A DNA stretch of 64,000 bases from Nitrospira sp. (GTDB taxonomy: Bacteria > Nitrospirota > Nitrospiria > Nitrospirales > Nitrospiraceae). The notes under the pieces are model-generated. The model was not told the DNA's origin and made no database searches. It was given only the letters and a program-made list of their open reading frames with translations. Below are positions 59,918-64,000 of this stretch, one piece after another. The position numbers and the translations under genes are program-made. The number at the start of each line of letters is the position of its first letter. Within the stretch, counting starts at the first letter, position 1. The stretch spans positions 416,001 through 480,000 of the forward strand of contig AP038806.1 in NCBI GenBank assembly GCA_047150005.1, written 5' to 3'.

Positions 59918-61275
59918 GGAAATTCTCGCAATGCCTTCTTTAACATCAGATAGGTAAATAAAGATGAACCGAGGTACACGAGAGAGGTGGACAAAGCGAT
60001 CCCTGCCACGCCCATCACTTTCATGAATGCATAATTCAATAGTACGTCTATCGGCAGGCTAAGGGCCGCGGAGATCAGCAGAATATCGTTTCTCTTAACG
60101 GCGGATATAGCCCGGACGATGAGCGTGCCAACCAGATAAAATGGGATTTGAATCGACGCCATTGCCTGGACGCTGGCGACTACGGTCGTATCCGCAGCTG
60201 TAAATGCCCCCCGCTCGAACACCAGGCGGACAATCGCTTCTGAGAAATACCAGATCATTAATGAGCCAAGCAATGACAACCAAAACAGTTTTTTCGAATA
60301 CGATGCGACAAACATCACAAGTTGTTTTCTTTCCGCCCTGGCTTCGAGGGCGGAAAAGTACGGAAACACCACTGTTCCCAGAGTAGTAACGCCTATGCTC
60401 AACCCGGCATTAATGATTCGACTTCCATAGTTCAATGCAGCCAGGCTTCCGGATTCAAGAGTGGCCGCCATTATTTGGTCCACCGGTCCAGTCGCCCCCA
60501 AGAGAAAAGTACCAGCAACCATGGACTTGAATTGGTGAACGACATTTTTGGTGTGCCCATCAAAACCATGCCATCGTAGGCTTATCGCAAGCCCTTTTCT
60601 TCTTATGGCCAGTGCCATGGCCAGCGCTTCCACGACCGCTCCACCGAGGGTGGCGGCTGTCAGCAGATACGGATTTATCGGATCCCGATAACTGAGCAGC
60701 GACACAATGATGATGAGCGAGGTCAGAACCGGAACGAGAGAAACAATAAGAAAGTTTCTTCGGGAATTGAGGAAAGTTCCCCAGAGGCTCGTAAGGCATG
60801 TTACTGGCAGGATAGGTAGAAGAAGAAAAAAGAGGGTCTTTGTGAGGGACAGTTTTTCCTGGTTGAAGCTGGACCCCAGAATGGTGAATGCCAGAGGAGC
60901 AAGTAATGTGAGCAAGAGGGAGGCTCCAAGAAGGAAAAGAAGAACGAGAGCCATGACATTGTCCGCAAGCTTTTGAGCCAGCGCACTCCCTTCCCGCTCT
61001 GCGACCTCCACGTACGTCGGCATCACTGCGGCATAGATTCCACCCGAAATGATGCTGCTTACTAGGGACGGCAGCATAAAAGCCATCAGAAAAGCCTCAT
61101 AGACGTCGCTTGTGCCAAACTGACTAGCCACAACCTGCTCTTTCACCAACGCAATAAACTTGACACAAAGAACGGAGAAACCAACGAAGATTAACGGCCA
61201 GACGATCTGTCCGCTCCTAAACTGAGCTATCCGTAGATGCCACCGAGGAAACGTTGTGCGCAGGATGTTAATCAT
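59914..61275 (-). CDS. MurJ/MviN-like (MOP superfamily) polysaccharide flippase
   Basis: Polytopic membrane protein; KEQVVASQFG, ALNYGSR, LVFERGAFTAADT, GIALSTS. Confidence 0.88.
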   Translation of the reverse strand: MINILRTTFPRWHLRIAQFRSGQIVWPLIFVGFSVLCVKFIALVKEQVVASQFGTSDVYEAFLMAFMLPSLVSSIISGGIYAAVMPTYVEVAEREGSALAQKLADNVMALVLLFLLGASLLLTLLAPLAFTILGSSFNQEKLSLTKTLFFLLLPILPVTCLTSLWGTFLNSRRNFLIVSLVPVLTSLIIIVSLLSYRDPINPYLLTAATLGGAVVEALAMALAIRRKGLAISLRWHGFDGHTKNVVHQFKSMVAGTFLLGATGPVDQIMAATLESGSLAALNYGSRIINAGLSIGVTTLGTVVFPYFSALEARAERKQLVMFVASYSKKLFWLSLLGSLMIWYFSEAIVRLVFERGAFTAADTTVVASVQAMASIQIPFYLVGTLIVRAISAVKRNDILLISAALSLPIDVLLNYAFMKVMGVAGIALSTSLVYLGSSLFTYLMLKKALREFP

Positions 61276-61416
61276 TGAACTATACGGTCTGCTGCAGTAC
61301 CAATCTGCAGGTTAGAACCGTCGAATTGCGGTCATAATCTTTCCTGTTGCTGCGCAGACAGCCCCGGCCGTTCCCATCGCCTGTGCCGTGTCTTGAGATG
61401 ATCGTGAGCCTGCGGC

Positions 61417-61559
61417 GGGCCGGTTTCCTCCACCGACGAGATCCACCATGATCACGGTCTTGAGCACGGGAAGTTTCTGGTCAGCCGCAAACGCACGAAA
61501 CAATAGCCAGAGAACAGCGGTACTTCAATCTCTCTTTTCCGGTTTTTCAACCGGCTGAC
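61417..61559 (-). pseudogene. Fragment of a UpxY/NusG-family transcription antiterminator
   Basis: VSRLKNRKREIEVPLFSGYCFVR, then a frameshift to FAADQKLPVLKTV..VDLVGGGNRP; the PLFxGYxFV motif is typical of the NGN domain. Confidence 0.75.
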
Positions 61560-61924
61560 CGCTCAAAATCTTGCAGGTTTTCGCGAATGATCCTGAACAC
61601 TTCCCTATCATCGATTTCCAATAGAAATGAACAAGCAGGTTACGAAACCTACCATTTTGCCCATTGCAAACCTTTAGGTCCGTCTCCAGCATGCCGAGCT
61701 CACCGAGGGTCGGTGATTGCAGATATCGAGCGCGACTTCCGCAGCAACGATCAAGAGATACTTGGTGCTATAGACCGTTCTGACATCGGTGAGAAATACT
61801 TCAACGTCTTGCTTCCCGAATTCTTGAAGTTGGCGGCAGGTGTTCTGGAAATTCCGGCGAGATCCGTCAATTTGTTGCGCACATCCGCCGCTCTTTCGAT
61901 CGGGATGGGAAATTCTTTCGTCAT
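61547..61924 (-). pseudogene. Degraded HepT-like (DUF86/HEPN) RNase toxin gene
   Basis: KYLLIVAAEVALDICNH / TLGELGML / FRNLLVHFYW (Rx4HxY at 61621-61644) / IDDREVFRIIRENLQDF in shifting frames. Confidence 0.78.
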
Positions 61925-62134
61925 AGCCCATTTATCGGAACAATTCCCAGAAGACTGGGCTGGTGTGCACATAGCTCCGCCCTTTCACTTACAGCGGGGC
62001 CATTCCGGCAGACCTGGACCCCACTGGGGGCGCAGTGTACACGGCTCCGAAGAATGTTGGAAGTGACTGTGAAGGCAGGGATCTTTCGGCCGAAGCGGGT
62101 CAGTGAGTCAATTCATTCTTGATGGAGAGGCTTA

Positions 62135-63268
62135 TCAGGCCGCGGCCGGGTCGTTACTGATCTCGGCGTAGAACGCCTGGTAGGCATTGATCACGCTGGT
62201 GATGGAATAGCGGGACTGGATGCGCGCCCGAGCGGCGGTCCCCAAGGCAACCCGGGCGGCCGCATCCCGATCGATCAAGTTGATGACCGCGGAGGCCAGC
62301 GCCCTCGGATCCCTGGGCGGCACCACCAGACCGGTATTGTCAACGATCATTCTGGCATCGCCGACATCCGTCGTGACGCAGGGGACGCCGCAGGCCATAG
62401 CCTCGCCCAGCACGTTGGAGAATCCTTCGCCGAACGCGGAAGTGAGACAGGCGACGTCGGCTCCGGCGAAGAGACGGTCGATGTCGTGGCGCAATCCAAG
62501 GATATGGACATGGTCATCCAATCCGGCCCGCGCCACCTCCGAGCCCAGCATATGCGTCTGTTTGCCGGCCAGCAGGAAGTGTACCGTGGGACGGACCCTG
62601 ACGATCCTCTTGGCCGCCTCGAGGAACGTCGCGTGATCCTTCATCGGATCGCAGCGCGCAATCAGCGCCACGAGCTTGGCGTCCTTCTGCAAGGCCAGCT
62701 CGTCGCGCAGTTTGCGAGCCGCCACCGGGTCGGGACGGAACCGGTTCGTGTCGAATCCATTCGGGATATAGGCCCAGCGCCGCGGCCGGTAGCCGAACAT
62801 CTCGTGGATTCGTCTGCCGGCTTCACTATTGGTGACGATGGCCACGGGGATGCGCGAGCACCAGCAGAGCATCTGCCGCACACAACGGGTTTGGAACGGA
62901 TAGTACTTGAGCTGCATGTCCGAGCAGCGGATGTTCCACACGAGTCTGGTGGACTTAATGAAGCGGGCGGCGAGGAGGCTGATCAAATCGGCATGGTAGA
63001 GCCAGCTCTGCATGATGGTGGGCTGCGCCGCCCGCAACGACCGGATCAGCTTGGGCAGCGAGGCCATGTCGGGACGGCCGCGCTTCATGCCCAGCGAATG
63101 GACCGAGACGCCGGAGGACTCGATCCGATCCGCCAACTGCCCTCGGTCTGTCAGCGAGATGACGGTGTTGTGAAACCGCCCCCGGTCCATCCCGGTGACC
63201 AGCTGGGTGAGCATCATCTCGGCCCCGCCGACCTCGAGATTGGAAATGATATGGACGATGCGAATCAT
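62135..63268 (-). CDS. Glycosyltransferase family 4
   Basis: GGAEMML, QSWLYHAD, PMKDH, GEGFSNVLGEAMACG; start placed at MIRIVH. Confidence 0.94.
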   Translation of the reverse strand: MIRIVHIISNLEVGGAEMMLTQLVTGMDRGRFHNTVISLTDRGQLADRIESSGVSVHSLGMKRGRPDMASLPKLIRSLRAAQPTIMQSWLYHADLISLLAARFIKSTRLVWNIRCSDMQLKYYPFQTRCVRQMLCWCSRIPVAIVTNSEAGRRIHEMFGYRPRRWAYIPNGFDTNRFRPDPVAARKLRDELALQKDAKLVALIARCDPMKDHATFLEAAKRIVRVRPTVHFLLAGKQTHMLGSEVARAGLDDHVHILGLRHDIDRLFAGADVACLTSAFGEGFSNVLGEAMACGVPCVTTDVGDARMIVDNTGLVVPPRDPRALASAVINLIDRDAAARVALGTAARARIQSRYSITSVINAYQAFYAEISNDPAAA

Positions 63269-63506
63269 GCAAAATTGACGATAGCGGTTGCGTGCAATGG
63301 GCAACACTGGGGGAAACCCTTGACTCGTCGGATTTTCATCCGCGCGCGGCGCGACCGACTCGTCGCCGAATGGGGTGAGAATCGTGATGATTGTGCGGCG
63401 GACTGGGGAATCCCCTTGTGAGGGATTTCCGCAGGACTAACCCCGACATTGTCCGGAGCCGGGCACAGAGGAAACGGAAAGGCAAACGGACCACGTGCGA
63501 ACACGC

Positions 63507-64000
63507 TCACTTGAGCGAGCCGACGAGCGTGAGGGCGCTGAACGAGGATTCGACCAACCGGTCCAATCCAAAGTGCAGGACAATCCGCTCCCGGGCCGCA
63601 CCGCCCAGGCTCGCGCGCTCCGAACGGTCCACGGATAAGAGTCTCCGCCATGCGGAAACGAGTTCGTCACTCCGGTCCGGCGGCACGACGAGGCCTGTAT
63701 GTCCGACGATCCGCCTCGCGTCGCCCACGTCGGTCACCACGCAAGCGCGCCCGCAGGCCATCGCCTCGGCGACCGCGTTGGAGAACCCCTCACCATAGGA
63801 CGAGCTGGACGTCAGGAGATCGAGTCCATTGTAGACTTCCTCGATCGGATCATGCTCGTCCAACCAGCTGACCAGGCCGGCGAGTCCGAGCCGGTCGGCT
63901 TGCGCGCGCAGATTCTCCTTCAATCGCGCATTTCCGTCCCCGACGCAGACGAAACGAGCGTTCCCTCCGGCGGCGATCAATGAAGCGGCGGCCGTCAGGA
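63507..64000 (-). CDS. Glycosyltransferase family 4 (C-terminal part, truncated by the window edge)
   Basis: FVCVGDG, SSSSYGEGFSNAVAEAMACG, TDVGD. Confidence 0.9.
   Translation of the reverse strand, partial: LTAAASLIAAGGNARFVCVGDGNARLKENLRAQADRLGLAGLVSWLDEHDPIEEVYNGLDLLTSSSSYGEGFSNAVAEAMACGRACVVTDVGDARRIVGHTGLVVPPDRSDELVSAWRRLLSVDRSERASLGGAARERIVLHFGLDRLVESSFSALTLVGSLK

Noticed and set aside
61312..61503. 63-aa and neighbouring small ORFs (61674-61931, 61751-61972, 55790-56311) as real genes
   Set aside because: They are single-frame pieces of the UpxY, HepT and SGNH pseudogenes.
61970..62045. GC-rich structured stretch (minus strand GCCCCCAGTGGGGTCCAGGTCTGCCGGAATGGCCCCGCTGTAAG) resembling an IS end, SRP RNA or B12 riboswitch fragment
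   Set aside because: Only loose resemblance; no partner inverted repeat, transposase fragment or full consensus. Needs an ISfinder/Rfam search.
63280..63300. Sigma54 promoter upstream of the GT gene
   Set aside because: TTGCAC-N5-CGCT lacks the invariant GG at -24.

Overview
GC-rich bacterial chromosomal window, most likely Nitrospira (inferred from gene order and protein character; not confirmed by a search). Positions 1-43 kb are mostly housekeeping genes: recO, mgtE, era, ftsB, eno, gatB, gatA, panD, gatC, glmS, glmU, tmk, holB, metG, a DAHP synthase, tatD, a cell-wall amidase, truA, cysE, ispF, ispD, a DegP/DegQ protease, fbaB, fbp, manB, manC, kdsC, rmlD, rmlB and rmlA. Positions 43-64 kb are a minus-strand surface-polysaccharide cluster with an internal lower-GC block and three decayed genes that the ORF track does not resolve: an SGNH hydrolase, a HepT/HEPN toxin and a UpxY/NusG-type antiterminator. 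The best candidate for an undescribed system lies at about 18-24 kb, between metG and tatD. It has a secreted His/Cys-rich leader ORF ending in the ribosome-arrest motif RAPP, whose codons are complementary to the Shine-Dalgarno (SD) sequence of a downstream TonB-dependent receptor. Next comes a short, apparently unanchored TonB-domain protein with its own TonB-box-like motif, and this unit converges on a CDF exporter and a COG0523 metallochaperone. I also saw a small intergenic inverted-repeat element family, short-unit intergenic repeats and several promoters positioned to give leaderless mRNAs. No rRNA, tRNA, CRISPR array or intact transposase was recognised.
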